Shown: positions 10,302 to 19,807 of the stretch, one piece after another
Layout of the letters: each line of letters starts with the position of its first letter
Numbering within the stretch: the stretch's first letter is position 1
Assembly: GCA_913057675.1 (NCBI GenBank)
Contig: CAJXOL010000002.1
Coordinates: forward strand, 1-54,283
DNA from: an uncultured Pseudomonadota bacterium
GTDB taxonomy: Bacteria; Pseudomonadota; Gammaproteobacteria; Burkholderiales; Eutrophovitaceae
DNA: 54,283 nt
Reading direction: 5' to 3'
Program-made: the position numbers and the translations under genes
Notes under the pieces: generated by a model
Told to the model about the DNA's origin: nothing
The model's input: the letters and a program-made list of their open reading frames with translations, nothing else
Databases searched by the model: none

Positions 10302-10386
10302 GCGAATGTGGCGGAATTGGTAGACGCACCAGATTTAGGTTCTGGCGCCGAGAGGCGTGAGAGTTCGAGTCTCTCCTTTCGCACCA
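10302..10386 (+). tRNA. tRNA-Leu (anticodon TAG)
   Basis: An 85-nt cloverleaf can be folded by hand. It has acceptor GCGAATG/CTTTCGC with one mismatch, anticodon loop TTTAGGT, a long variable arm, T-loop GTTCGAGTC and an encoded CCA. Confidence 0.92.
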
Positions 10387-10482
10387 AATTTATGTAGTAG
10401 TTCGAGGCGCTAGCTGCGCTGTTTTAACGTAACCGCTCTCTACTCGAGTGAGCGTCTACGCACATTTTTTTTTGGGAATAGT

Positions 10483-11790
10483 ATGGACTCAACGCTTGAG
10501 ACGATCAGCAACTTAGAAAGAAAAATGTCAATTTCAGTGCCAATGGCTGAGATTAACAGTGAGATAATTTCGCGGATAGGCAAGTTATCCAAGACCGTAA
10601 AAGTCGCTGGCTTTAGGCCTGGGAAGGTTCCAGTGAAGATTGTTGAGCAGCAACATGGAAGCCAAGTGCGTAGTGAGGTGATGAGTGACGTTATTGGTAA
10701 GAATTTTGGAGAGGCTTTAGAACAGAAAGAATTGAGGATAGCAGGGCTTCCTAAAATTGATGTCCAAGCGAAGGAAGAGAAAGACGAAAACTTTGTTTTT
10801 ACAGCTACATTCGAGGTTTATCCCTCAGTCGAAATCAAGGACATTGCGAACTGCTCAATTGATAAGCCAACCGTTAAGGTTGGAGATGCTGAAGTTGATT
10901 CAACACTCGGCATCATGCAAAAACAAAGAGCTAACTTTGTGATTAGTGACAAAGCAGCAGAGATTGGCGACCAAGTGAAATTAGATTTTAAAGGCTCTGT
11001 TGACGGTGAGTTCTTTGAAGGGGGCACAGGTGAGGGTGTAGTGATGTCCCTCGGAGAAGGTCGATTAGTAGCTGATTTTGAAAATGCGTTGACGGGATTG
11101 AAAGCTGCCGATGAGAAGTCCTTTGATGTTCAATTTCCCGATGACTATCCTGGAAAGGATTTAGCGGGTAAGAAAGCACAGTTCGAAGTTAAGGTCCACG
11201 AGGTTTTGGGTCCCGTTTTGCCTGAGGTTAATGCAGATTTTGCTAAAGAACTTGGTTTTGAGGATGGTGACGTAGTCAAGCTTCGTGGTGATGTTAAGAA
11301 AAACGTGGATTCTGAGGTTGCTAAGCGACTGGAGTCGCGCCAAAAGGATTTCGTCATGAAGACGTTGCTTGATCAGGCGGAGTTTGATGTGCCTAAAGCT
11401 TTAATCGGTGAAGAGGGGCAGAGGCTTTCTGATCAAATGAAGCAGAATATGGAATCGCGTGGAGTGAAAGTTGGAGACGTTACTCTTCCACAAGAAATGT
11501 TCGCGGAAGAGGCCACGCGTCGCGTCAAGCTGGGTTTAATCATTGCGCACATAGCAGAGAAAAATGAATTGCAACCGAAGCCTGATCAACTCAAAGAAGT
11601 GGTTGAGGAAATGGCGAATGGATATGAAAAACCTCAAGAAGTTCGAGATTGGTACTACAAAAACCCGCAACGATTGAGAGAGATAGAATCGTTCGTGGTT
11701 GAAAAGAATGTGGTGTCTTGGGCGTTAGAAAAAGCGCAAATAACGGAAGTTGAGTTAAGCTTTAACGAACTCATGGGAATAGATAAATGA
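10483..11790 (+). CDS. tig: Trigger factor
   Basis: The 435-aa product contains GFRPGKVP and an FKBP-type central domain. It sits upstream of clpP-clpX-lon. Confidence 0.95.
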   Translation: MDSTLETISNLERKMSISVPMAEINSEIISRIGKLSKTVKVAGFRPGKVPVKIVEQQHGSQVRSEVMSDVIGKNFGEALEQKELRIAGLPKIDVQAKEEKDENFVFTATFEVYPSVEIKDIANCSIDKPTVKVGDAEVDSTLGIMQKQRANFVISDKAAEIGDQVKLDFKGSVDGEFFEGGTGEGVVMSLGEGRLVADFENALTGLKAADEKSFDVQFPDDYPGKDLAGKKAQFEVKVHEVLGPVLPEVNADFAKELGFEDGDVVKLRGDVKKNVDSEVAKRLESRQKDFVMKTLLDQAEFDVPKALIGEEGQRLSDQMKQNMESRGVKVGDVTLPQEMFAEEATRRVKLGLIIAHIAEKNELQPKPDQLKEVVEEMANGYEKPQEVRDWYYKNPQRLREIESFVVEKNVVSWALEKAQITEVELSFNELMGIDK

Positions 11791-12410
11791 TTATAAACGG
11801 TAGTGATTACCCAGCACCATCTGCACTTGGAATGGTGCCGATGGTCATTGAGCAAAGTGGCCGAGGAGAGAGGGCCTATGATATTTACTCGCGTCTATTA
11901 AAAGAGCGAGTGATCTTTTTGGTGGGCCCGGTAAATGAGTTAACTGCTAACTTGGTGGTTGCACAGCTTTTGTTTTTGGAGTCTGAGAATCCTGATAAGG
12001 ACATTTCTCTATATATCAACTCGCCCGGGGGGGTCGTTTCGGCAGGCATGGCCATTTACGACACGATGCAGTTTATCAAGCCCGATGTAAGCACGTTGTG
12101 CATTGGTCAGGCAGCGAGTATGGGAGCATTCTTGCTTACAGCTGGTCAAAAAGGTAAACGATTCGTGCTTCCTAACTCGCGTGTGATGATTCATCAGCCA
12201 CTTGGTGGTTTCCAAGGACAAGCGTCTGATATTGAAATTCACGCAAAAGAGATTCTTTATCTGAAAGATCGTTTGAATCGCTTGTTGTCCGACCATACTG
12301 GGCAGTCCATTGAGTCGATCAAAAATGATACCGATCGAGATAATTTTCTCGGAGCCGAAGAAGCGGTCACGTACGGTTTAGTTGATGAGGTGCTGTCTAA
12401 AAGAATTTAG
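11787..12410 (+). CDS. clpP: ATP-dependent Clp protease proteolytic subunit
   Basis: The product contains [29 protein letters not shown], active-site GQAASMGA, and the IHQPLGG motif. Its start overlaps the tig stop (ATGA). Confidence 0.95.
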   Translation: MIINGSDYPAPSALGMVPMVIEQSGRGERAYDIYSRLLKERVIFLVGPVNELTANLVVAQLLFLESENPDKDISLYINSPGGVVSAGMAIYDTMQFIKPDVSTLCIGQAASMGAFLLTAGQKGKRFVLPNSRVMIHQPLGGFQGQASDIEIHAKEILYLKDRLNRLLSDHTGQSIESIKNDTDRDNFLGAEEAVTYGLVDEVLSKRI

Positions 12411-12482
12411 AACTTGATGCGTTTAATCGGGTCTATCGTTTTCTTAGAAATATTTAAATACGAAAAAATAAAATAGTGTTTC

Positions 12483-13766
12483 ATGACTGAAAATAACGAC
12501 AGCAATACAGAAAAGCTTCTTTACTGTTCTTTTTGTGGCAAGAGTCAACAAGAGGTGAAGAAGTTAATAGCAGGGCCCTCTGTGTTCATCTGTGATGAAT
12601 GCATAGAGCTGTGTAACGATATAATTATAGAAGAAGCTCTGGCTGAGACAGGGGTCGATGATAAGACATCGTCATTACCTGTTCCCAAGAAAATTAGGGA
12701 GAGTCTTGACGACTACGTTATTGGGCAGGAGTTAGCGAAACGTATTTTATCAGTTGCAGTCTATAACCACTATCGACGTTTGCATGAGACCACCAACGAC
12801 GACGTTGAGTTGTCCAAATCCAATATTTTGTTAGTCGGTCCGACTGGTTCAGGAAAAACATTACTTGCTCAAACGCTTGCGCGTTTGTTAAATGTTCCAT
12901 TTGTGATGGCCGATGCTACGACCCTTACCGAAGCAGGGTATGTAGGGGAGGATGTCGAAAACATCATACAAAAGCTCTTGCAGAAATGTGACTATGACGT
13001 TGACCGTGCTCAGCGAGGTATAGTTTACATAGATGAAATTGATAAGGTGTCGCGAAAAACGGATAATCCATCCATTACCCGAGATGTTTCCGGGGAGGGT
13101 GTCCAACAAGCGCTGTTGAAGCTTATTGAGGGGACGATTGCATCCGTGCCACCGCAGGGGGGGCGCAAACATCCAAACCAAGAGTTCGTCCAAGTCGACA
13201 CCAGTAATATTTTGTTTATTTGTGGCGGAGCTTTTGATGGGCTAGAAAAAATTATACGTGATCGCTCAGATAAAAGCGGTATTGGTTTCGGTGCTGAGGT
13301 TAAGCCTAAGAACGCCGCACGAGATCTTGGTGACGTGTTGAAGAGTGTCGAACCGGGGGATCTTATTAAGTTCGGATTGATTCCTGAGTTTGTCGGAAGG
13401 TTACCTGTGTTGGCAACTTTGGAGGAATTGGATGAAAATGCATTGATCCAAATCCTAACTGAGCCTAAAAATTCATTGCTCAAACAGTACAAAAAAATGT
13501 TTGCGATGGAGGGGGCTGACTTAGATATTAGATCTGATGCGCTTTCCGTGATAGCTCGCAAGTCAGTTCAACGAAAAACGGGCGCACGCGGCCTGAGGTC
13601 TATCATTGAGAGCGTGCTGCTTGATGTGATGTATGAACTTCCATCATTAAAAAATGTTGAGAAGGTTGTTGTTGACGGAAGCACTGTGTCGGAAGGAACG
13701 AAGCCACTTTTGATTTACTCGGATCAAGATAGTACGTCTTCTCACTCTCTAGCATCAAACGCATAA
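12483..13766 (+). CDS. clpX: ATP-dependent Clp protease ATP-binding subunit ClpX
   Basis: It has the N-terminal zinc finger CSFCGKSQ...CDECIELC, Walker A GPTGSGKT and the IYIDEIDK motif. Confidence 0.97.
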   Translation: MTENNDSNTEKLLYCSFCGKSQQEVKKLIAGPSVFICDECIELCNDIIIEEALAETGVDDKTSSLPVPKKIRESLDDYVIGQELAKRILSVAVYNHYRRLHETTNDDVELSKSNILLVGPTGSGKTLLAQTLARLLNVPFVMADATTLTEAGYVGEDVENIIQKLLQKCDYDVDRAQRGIVYIDEIDKVSRKTDNPSITRDVSGEGVQQALLKLIEGTIASVPPQGGRKHPNQEFVQVDTSNILFICGGAFDGLEKIIRDRSDKSGIGFGAEVKPKNAARDLGDVLKSVEPGDLIKFGLIPEFVGRLPVLATLEELDENALIQILTEPKNSLLKQYKKMFAMEGADLDIRSDALSVIARKSVQRKTGARGLRSIIESVLLDVMYELPSLKNVEKVVVDGSTVSEGTKPLLIYSDQDSTSSHSLASNA

Positions 13767-13840
13767 TAAGCAGTTGGTCTTGAATTTTTGTATTTAGTCT
13801 CAATGTATTGAGTTAGTGTGATAACTTAAAAGGTCCAAAC

Positions 13841-16258
13841 ATGAGTGAGAAAACCCAGGAAAACGAGACAAATAGTGCCTACCCCCTAATTCCTCTTAGA
13901 GATGTGGTTGTGTTTCCTCACATGGTGATACCGCTTTTCGTTGGTCGGGCAAAATCAAATAAAGCTTTGGAAGTTGCTATGGAGGCAGGCAAGCATGTCA
14001 TGCTTGTGGCTCAAAAAACCGCAGCCAAAGATGATCCTGATGCTTCTGATTTATATCAAGTCGGCAGTATTGCGAATATCCTGCAAATGCTCAAGCTCCC
14101 AGATGGTACCGTGAAGGTCCTAGTTGAGGGGGTCAAGCGAGCGCGCCTAGAGCATGTGGTGGATGAGGAAACACATCTGAGTTGCGATATCCAAGAAATA
14201 GAGTCGTCTCCGGGCGATCCATCAAAGTTGGAGGGGATGCGCAGAGCTCTAGTCACCCAATTCGAGCAGTACGTTAAAGTTAACAAGAAAATACCACCAG
14301 AGATCTTAACTTCTCTAGCAGGAGTTGATGAGGCTGGTAGGTTGGCCGACACTGTAGCGGCCCACTTACCATTAAAAATCGTTCAGAAGCAAGAGGTGTT
14401 GGAGTTGGCTGATGTTAAAGCGCGACTTGAGCACCTGCTGGGCTTGTTGGAGTCTGAATTAGATATTATGCAAGTCGAGCGCCGCATTCGTGGTCGTGTC
14501 AAACGTCAAATGGAGAAAAGTCAGCGAGAGTATTATTTAAATGAGCAAGTTAAGGCGATTCAAAAAGAGCTTGGTGACTCAGAAGACGGTGCAGACATAG
14601 AGGAACTTGAGAAAAAAATTAAATTAGCCAGAATGCCTAAAGAGGCAAAAAGTAAGGTTGATGGGGAGTTGAAAAAGTTAAAATTAATGTCTCCAATGTC
14701 TGCAGAAGCGTCAGTCGTTAGGAATTATATAGAGACCTTAATTGGTTTGCCTTGGAAGAAGAAAAGTAAAGTTTCGGCTGATCTTAAAGCGGCCGAAAAG
14801 ATCCTCAACGAAGATCATTATGGGTTGGACAAAGTCAAAGAACGAATCATTGAGTATCTAGCGGTGCAGCAGCGTGTAGATAAACTCAAGGCTCCCATTA
14901 TTTGTCTTGTGGGACCTCCGGGCGTTGGAAAAACCTCCTTAGGGCAGTCAATCGCCAAAGCAACTAATCGCTTATTTACTCGAATGTCTCTAGGCGGTGT
15001 TAGAGATGAATCTGAAATTCGAGGGCATAGAAGGACATATATCGGTTCGATGCCCGGCAAAATTCTGCAAAATATGGGAAAAGTTGGCGTCCGAAATCCC
15101 TTATTTCTTCTCGATGAGGTAGATAAAATGGGAATGGACTTCCGTGGCGATCCCTCATCGGCACTTCTTGAGGTTTTGGATCCAGAGCAAAACGATAAGT
15201 TTGCAGATCATTATGTGGAAGTCGACTACGACTTGTCAGATGTCATGTTTGTGGCTACTGCTAACTCCATGAATATTCCTGGCCCTTTGCTGGATCGCAT
15301 GGAGGTCATTCGATTGGCTGGGTATACAGAAGACGAAAAAATAAATATCGCAATACGTTATTTGTTACCAAAGCAACTAAAAAATAATGGCGTTGGTGAA
15401 AGTGAGATCTCAATTTCGGATGGTGCAATTAGGGACATTGTTAGGTACTACACACGAGAGGCTGGTGTGCGTTCATTAGAAAGAGAAATTTCAAAAATCT
15501 GCCGAAAAGTGGTAACTGCGATTTCGGTAAACAAGCTATCAAAAAAAGTAAGTGTCACGGCCAAAAACTTAGATAAATACTTGGGCGTGCGTAAATTTAG
15601 TTTTGGACTTGCTGAAAAGAAAAACCAAATTGGCCAGGTTACTGGGTTGGCCTGGACAGAAGTGGGAGGTGAGTTACTCACCATTGAGTCAGTTATTCTC
15701 CCTGGAAAAGGAAACATACAACGCACAGGTTCGCTTGGTGATGTAATGAAGGAGTCTGTTGAGGCTGCACGCTCAGTTGTGCGTTCTAGAGCCCATGTCT
15801 TAGGTATCGCTGATGATGTCTTTGAGAAGCACGATATTCATGTCCACGTTCCAGAGGGCGCTACCCCTAAGGATGGTCCATCGGCTGGTGTAGCGATGAC
15901 TATCGCTTTGGTCTCTTCAATTACTAAGATACCCGTCCGATGCGATGTCGCGATGACGGGGGAAATTACTCTGCGAGGTGAAGTGCTTGCTATTGGCGGC
16001 TTAAAAGAAAAATTATTGGCAGCCCATAGAGGCGGTATCAAAACAGTACTTATACCTCAGGAAAATATTAAAGATTTAGTCGACATACCGGAAAACATAA
16101 AAGGTAAAATAGAAATACGCCCGATGAAATGGATCGACGAAGCCCTTGATATTGCTCTAGAACATCGGCCAATCTCTCTACCAATAGATCAGTCTAGCGA
16201 GGCGGCCATCCCACCTGGTGAAACTAACGGTGGGAAGCCTACTCGAGTTAAGCACTAA
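13841..16258 (+). CDS. lon: Lon protease
   Basis: The 805-aa product has Walker A GPPGVGKTS and the catalytic serine motif PKDGPSAG. Confidence 0.97.
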   Translation: MSEKTQENETNSAYPLIPLRDVVVFPHMVIPLFVGRAKSNKALEVAMEAGKHVMLVAQKTAAKDDPDASDLYQVGSIANILQMLKLPDGTVKVLVEGVKRARLEHVVDEETHLSCDIQEIESSPGDPSKLEGMRRALVTQFEQYVKVNKKIPPEILTSLAGVDEAGRLADTVAAHLPLKIVQKQEVLELADVKARLEHLLGLLESELDIMQVERRIRGRVKRQMEKSQREYYLNEQVKAIQKELGDSEDGADIEELEKKIKLARMPKEAKSKVDGELKKLKLMSPMSAEASVVRNYIETLIGLPWKKKSKVSADLKAAEKILNEDHYGLDKVKERIIEYLAVQQRVDKLKAPIICLVGPPGVGKTSLGQSIAKATNRLFTRMSLGGVRDESEIRGHRRTYIGSMPGKILQNMGKVGVRNPLFLLDEVDKMGMDFRGDPSSALLEVLDPEQNDKFADHYVEVDYDLSDVMFVATANSMNIPGPLLDRMEVIRLAGYTEDEKINIAIRYLLPKQLKNNGVGESEISISDGAIRDIVRYYTREAGVRSLEREISKICRKVVTAISVNKLSKKVSVTAKNLDKYLGVRKFSFGLAEKKNQIGQVTGLAWTEVGGELLTIESVILPGKGNIQRTGSLGDVMKESVEAARSVVRSRAHVLGIADDVFEKHDIHVHVPEGATPKDGPSAGVAMTIALVSSITKIPVRCDVAMTGEITLRGEVLAIGGLKEKLLAAHRGGIKTVLIPQENIKDLVDIPENIKGKIEIRPMKWIDEALDIALEHRPISLPIDQSSEAAIPPGETNGGKPTRVKH

Positions 16259-16313
16259 ACTGGGGCATAACGCCTGATTTTCGGTTTTTATTACAACTTT
16301 TAGTCGTGTATGC

Positions 16314-16343
16314 TTGACACCAACAATTTACAGTTGCTATAAA
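16314..16343 (+). promoter_or_regulatory. Candidate sigma70 promoter for hupB (TTGACA-18 nt-TATAAA)
   Basis: A perfect -35 TTGACA lies at 16314-16319 and TATAAA lies at 16338-16343. This would give a leader of roughly 125 nt. Confidence 0.45.
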
Positions 16344-16473
16344 TGCATGGGAGCTATGAAGGGTTCTGATGAGACCTTTGAAACGCTCCTTTAATGAGAG
16401 ATTTTGAGAGACGGGTTAAGGTAGATAATTGACTCGTTAATTTTTTATAATAATTAAAACGAAAGGATTTGAT

Positions 16474-16746
16474 GTGAATAAATCAGAATTAGTAGAAGCA
16501 ATGGCCGCAGCTGCCGACATTTCTAAAGCAGCTGCAGAGCGCGCCTTAGACGGAGCGACATCAGCTATTACTGGTGCCCTGAAGGGTGGGGATCAAGTCA
16601 CAATCGTTGGGTTTGGGAGCTTCCTAGTTGGCGAAAGAGGTGAGCGTATGGGTAGAAATCCTCGCACAGGTGAAAGCATTAAAATTAAAGCTTCCAAGTC
16701 TCCTAAATTTCGGGCTGGTAAAGCGCTCAAGGATGCAGTAAACTAG
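16474..16746 (+). CDS. hupB: DNA-binding protein HU-beta
   Basis: The 90-aa product [11 protein letters not shown]...GFGSF...RNPRTGE is the HU/IHF signature. It has a GTG start and sits downstream of lon, as in E. coli. Confidence 0.92.
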   Translation: MNKSELVEAMAAAADISKAAAERALDGATSAITGALKGGDQVTIVGFGSFLVGERGERMGRNPRTGESIKIKASKSPKFRAGKALKDAVN

Positions 16747-16810
16747 CGCGCTTTTCGCAATTAGCACGGTACAGTTTCTCGGAAGCTTAAGTTAAGTCTT
16801 GAGATTCTTC

Positions 16811-16886
16811 GGGTGCTTAGCTCAGCTGGTAGAGCGTCGCCCTTACAAGGCGAATGTCGGGAGTTCGAGCCTCTCAGCACCCACCA
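16811..16886 (+). tRNA. tRNA-Val (anticodon TAC)
   Basis: The 76-nt sequence has acceptor GGGTGCT/AGCACCC, anticodon loop CTTACAA, T-loop GTTCGAGCC and an encoded CCA. Confidence 0.95.
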
Positions 16887-16898
16887 GACCGATGTTAA

Positions 16899-16975
16899 GG
16901 AGTGGTAGTTCAGTTGGTTAGAATACCGGCCTGTCACGCCGGGGGTCGCGGGTTCGAGTCCCGTCCACTCCGCCA
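16899..16975 (+). tRNA. tRNA-Asp (anticodon GTC)
   Basis: The 77-nt sequence has acceptor GGAGTGG/CCACTCC, anticodon loop CTGTCAC, T-loop GGTTCGAGTCC and an encoded CCA. Confidence 0.95.
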
Positions 16976-16985
16976 ATATGAAAAA

Positions 16986-17009
16986 GGCGAACGCAAGTTC
17001 GCCTTTTTT
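16986..17009 (+). terminator. Rho-independent terminator after tRNA-Asp
   Basis: A perfect 7-bp stem GGCGAAC/GTTCGCC closes a GCAA tetraloop and is followed by T6. An A5 run lies upstream. Confidence 0.8.
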
Positions 17010-17057
17010 GTTAATCTACGTCTTTGATAATTTGACACCGTTTGTTAGGTCCTCCAC

Positions 17058-18974
17058 ATGTTCGAGTTCTTAAGTAAGTACAAAATATTTTCCCAGGCGA
17101 TATTGGTTTTGATCGTTCTAACGTTCGCATCCATTGGGGTGGGTTCCTATTTTAGCGCTGGCAATTCATCGGAAATTATTGCGCAAGTTGGTAATTCCGT
17201 AATCTCGCGACAAGAATTAGCCATGATGGTCAGTCAAGAGCAAGACCGGCTCCGGCCTCAGACTCAGGCGAATCCGCAAGCCGCTGAGTATCTGCAAACT
17301 GATGAGTTTAAAGCTTCGATACTGAATAATATTATTCAGCGTCGTCTGTTACTGAATCAGGCAAGAAGCATGGGCATGATGGTGTCTCCTGAGGAACTGA
17401 CAGAGGTCATTGGAGGGGTGCCAGCATTCTTTGATGATTCAGGTGTGTTTTCCGTTGAGAAGTATGAGCGCCTCTTACGCGCTCAAAACTTGGTGCCAGC
17501 CGAATTCGAAACTCAGATTGAGCAAGATCTATTGGTAGGTCGCCTACAAAATGTCATTACGCAAAGTGCAATTGTCTCAGACTCAGTAGTGCGTCGACTG
17601 GTAAAGCAGCGGGGCCAGCAGCGAGAGGTCAGTCAGTTAATTTTCTCACCTGCGACCTACCGTGAGTCCATTTCTGTAACTGATGAAGATGTTCGACAAT
17701 ATTTTGATGACAATGTGAATCTCTTCAAGCTTCCTGAGCGAGCAAAGGTGGAGTATTTAGTTCTCAATGAAGAGTCAGCTGGATCTTCGGTTTCTATATC
17801 TGATGAGGAATTACGTCAGTCCTATGAAGATCGTATAGCAGAATTTCAGGGAATTGAAGAACGTAAGGCGAGTCATATTCTAATTTCTGTCGTAGAAGAC
17901 GGCTCTGATGCTGAAAAAAATGTGGCTCGTGAGCGTGCTACGGAGTTACTCGAGATCGTAAAGAAAGATCCTTCTCAGTTTGGAGCCTTAGCCCAAGAGT
18001 TTTCAAATGATCCTGGGTCAGCCGAAAATGATGGTGACCTCGGTTTTCTCCAACGGGGACTCATGGTTGAGTCTTTTGATAAAGCACTGTTTGAATCTGC
18101 GAAAGGCTCTATCGTAGGTCCGATCGAAACACCATACGGATATCATATTGTGCGCGTTGATGACATTAAGGAAGTAAACACAACGTCCTTTGAAGATGCG
18201 AAAGAAGCCATTGAAAAAGACGTGCGTCAGTCCAAGGTTGAGGAAACATATCTCAGTGCATCACAAACATTTAGTGACAGGGTATATACGGATTACGACA
18301 GTTTGTCTCCGGTAGCCGACGAGCTAGGCCTTACGATTCAAACAAGCGATTGGGTGACCCGTGATAGCGCAGGTTACAATACGCTACTGGCAAAACCAGA
18401 ACTTCTTCAAGCTATATTCTCTGCGGAATCACTTGAAGAGAAACGCAATACTGAGGCTTTTGAAGTGCAACCTAAAACAATGGTGGCTGCGCGCGTGGTT
18501 GAATACGCACTTGAAGAAGATATGCCGTTCGAAGATGTTGCTGGGGAGATCGGGGATTTTTTAAAGTCTCAAGGATCTCTCGACAAAGTTGTCGCGGAAG
18601 GTGAATCTACTCTTGCGACCATTCAAGCCGGGCAGGAGGTCATCAGTGAAGAGTGGTCTAAGCCGGGCATGGTAACATTAGTCAAAAGGCAGGGGCTGCA
18701 TCCAGAGGGCTTGAGAGCCATTTTTGGAGTCTCTAAAGAGGATTTGCCAGCGCATGTTGGGATGACCATAGACGATGGTCGCTATGTCATCTTTCGGGTC
18801 ACTAAGGTTGTTGATTTGGACGAGGTGACGGAAGATGATTTGAGCACGGCCAAAAGACAATTAGAGCAAATGCTCATGCAGCAACAAATGGGCGCATATA
18901 TTGCGAGCCTGCGTGAAAACGGTCATGTCCGTATTAAAAGCGACGAAGCTGACCCGGACAATCTAACTAATTAA
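17058..18974 (+). CDS. ppiD: Periplasmic chaperone / peptidyl-prolyl isomerase PpiD
   Basis: It has an N-terminal membrane anchor, a SurA-N-like region and a parvulin domain (ASHILI...GDLGF...GYHIV). It occupies the position after hupB. Confidence 0.87.
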   Translation: MFEFLSKYKIFSQAILVLIVLTFASIGVGSYFSAGNSSEIIAQVGNSVISRQELAMMVSQEQDRLRPQTQANPQAAEYLQTDEFKASILNNIIQRRLLLNQARSMGMMVSPEELTEVIGGVPAFFDDSGVFSVEKYERLLRAQNLVPAEFETQIEQDLLVGRLQNVITQSAIVSDSVVRRLVKQRGQQREVSQLIFSPATYRESISVTDEDVRQYFDDNVNLFKLPERAKVEYLVLNEESAGSSVSISDEELRQSYEDRIAEFQGIEERKASHILISVVEDGSDAEKNVARERATELLEIVKKDPSQFGALAQEFSNDPGSAENDGDLGFLQRGLMVESFDKALFESAKGSIVGPIETPYGYHIVRVDDIKEVNTTSFEDAKEAIEKDVRQSKVEETYLSASQTFSDRVYTDYDSLSPVADELGLTIQTSDWVTRDSAGYNTLLAKPELLQAIFSAESLEEKRNTEAFEVQPKTMVAARVVEYALEEDMPFEDVAGEIGDFLKSQGSLDKVVAEGESTLATIQAGQEVISEEWSKPGMVTLVKRQGLHPEGLRAIFGVSKEDLPAHVGMTIDDGRYVIFRVTKVVDLDEVTEDDLSTAKRQLEQMLMQQQMGAYIASLRENGHVRIKSDEADPDNLTN

Positions 18975-18986
18975 TTGTTTATTGAC

Positions 18987-19775
18987 TTAGTCTAACGGGG
19001 CTACTCCTGACGTATTGAAGCCTGCATCTACGTAGGTGATTTCACCGGTGATACCGCTAGCTAAATCACTTAGTAGGAAGGCGGCCGCATTCCCCACCTC
19101 ATCAATGGTGATATTTCGTTTTAATGGAGCCGTTTTGGCTGCAAATGACAACAGTTTCGAGAAGCTCCCAATTCCTGCAGCCGCTAGCGTTTTTATAGGG
19201 CCCGCAGAGATTGCGTTGACCCGTATATTGTCAGAGCCGAGGCTATGAGCCATATATCGCACATTAGCTTCTAGACTGGCCTTGGCCAAACCCATAACAT
19301 TGTAACTTGGAAAAGCTCGCTGAGAGCCAAGGTACGTCAACGCTAAGAGAGCGGCGTTTCGGCCTATCATTAGAGGATGAGCTGCTTGGGCCAGTGCTGA
19401 GAAGCTGTAGGAGCTGATATCGTGAGCAATGTGGAAGGCCTCCCTCGTAACCGAGTCAAGATAGTTACCACTTAGGGCTTCCCTTGGCGCAAATGCAATT
19501 GAGTGGACCAGTCCATCGAGGTGGCCCCACTCAGTCTTCAGTGATGCGCACATCGCATATATTTCTTCATCGCTGCCGACATCGCAGGGAAAGACAAGAT
19601 CGGTCTCAAAGTCCTGAGCCAGATTTCTAACTCTTTTTTCTATTTTCTCTCCGCCTGCATAACTGAATGCAAGAGTGGCTCCTTCCCGAATAGCCGCTTT
19701 AGCAATGCCATAGGCAATTGAACGGTTACTGAGAAGTCCAGTAATTAATAGCTTTTTGTCAGTAAGGATTCCCAT
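18987..19775 (-). CDS. fabI: Enoyl-[acyl-carrier-protein] reductase (NADH)
   Basis: The 262-aa product MGILTDKKLLITGLLSNRSIAYGIAKA... is the FabI N-terminal signature. The Y-x6-K catalytic region is present. Confidence 0.93.
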   Translation of the reverse strand: MGILTDKKLLITGLLSNRSIAYGIAKAAIREGATLAFSYAGGEKIEKRVRNLAQDFETDLVFPCDVGSDEEIYAMCASLKTEWGHLDGLVHSIAFAPREALSGNYLDSVTREAFHIAHDISSYSFSALAQAAHPLMIGRNAALLALTYLGSQRAFPSYNVMGLAKASLEANVRYMAHSLGSDNIRVNAISAGPIKTLAAAGIGSFSKLLSFAAKTAPLKRNITIDEVGNAAAFLLSDLASGITGEITYVDAGFNTSGVAPLD

Positions 19776-19807
19776 TGGTGTGCCATTTTGTAATTGTGAT
19801 GATTATT

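Noticed and set aside
10267-10329. 5' extension of the hpnC ORF to the ATG at 10329
   Set aside because: The extension runs through the tRNA-Leu gene on the opposite strand. The extra residues (MRLPIPPHSHTPHSTIIHISR) are not HpnC-like. I prefer the TTG at 10266.
13025-13561. 178-aa antisense ORF inside clpX, together with many similar 60-140-aa antisense or out-of-frame ORFs (for example 5034-5411, 12888-13193, 40339-40764, 38576-38851, 51080-51376)
   Set aside because: All are nested in strongly supported genes. They have low-complexity or Ser/Pro/Arg-rich translations and no recognisable motifs. They are typical shadow ORFs.
16761-16976. 71-aa minus-strand ORF in the ORF track
   Set aside because: It lies entirely antisense to tRNA-Val and tRNA-Asp. 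Its apparent coding potential comes from the GC-rich tRNA sequence.
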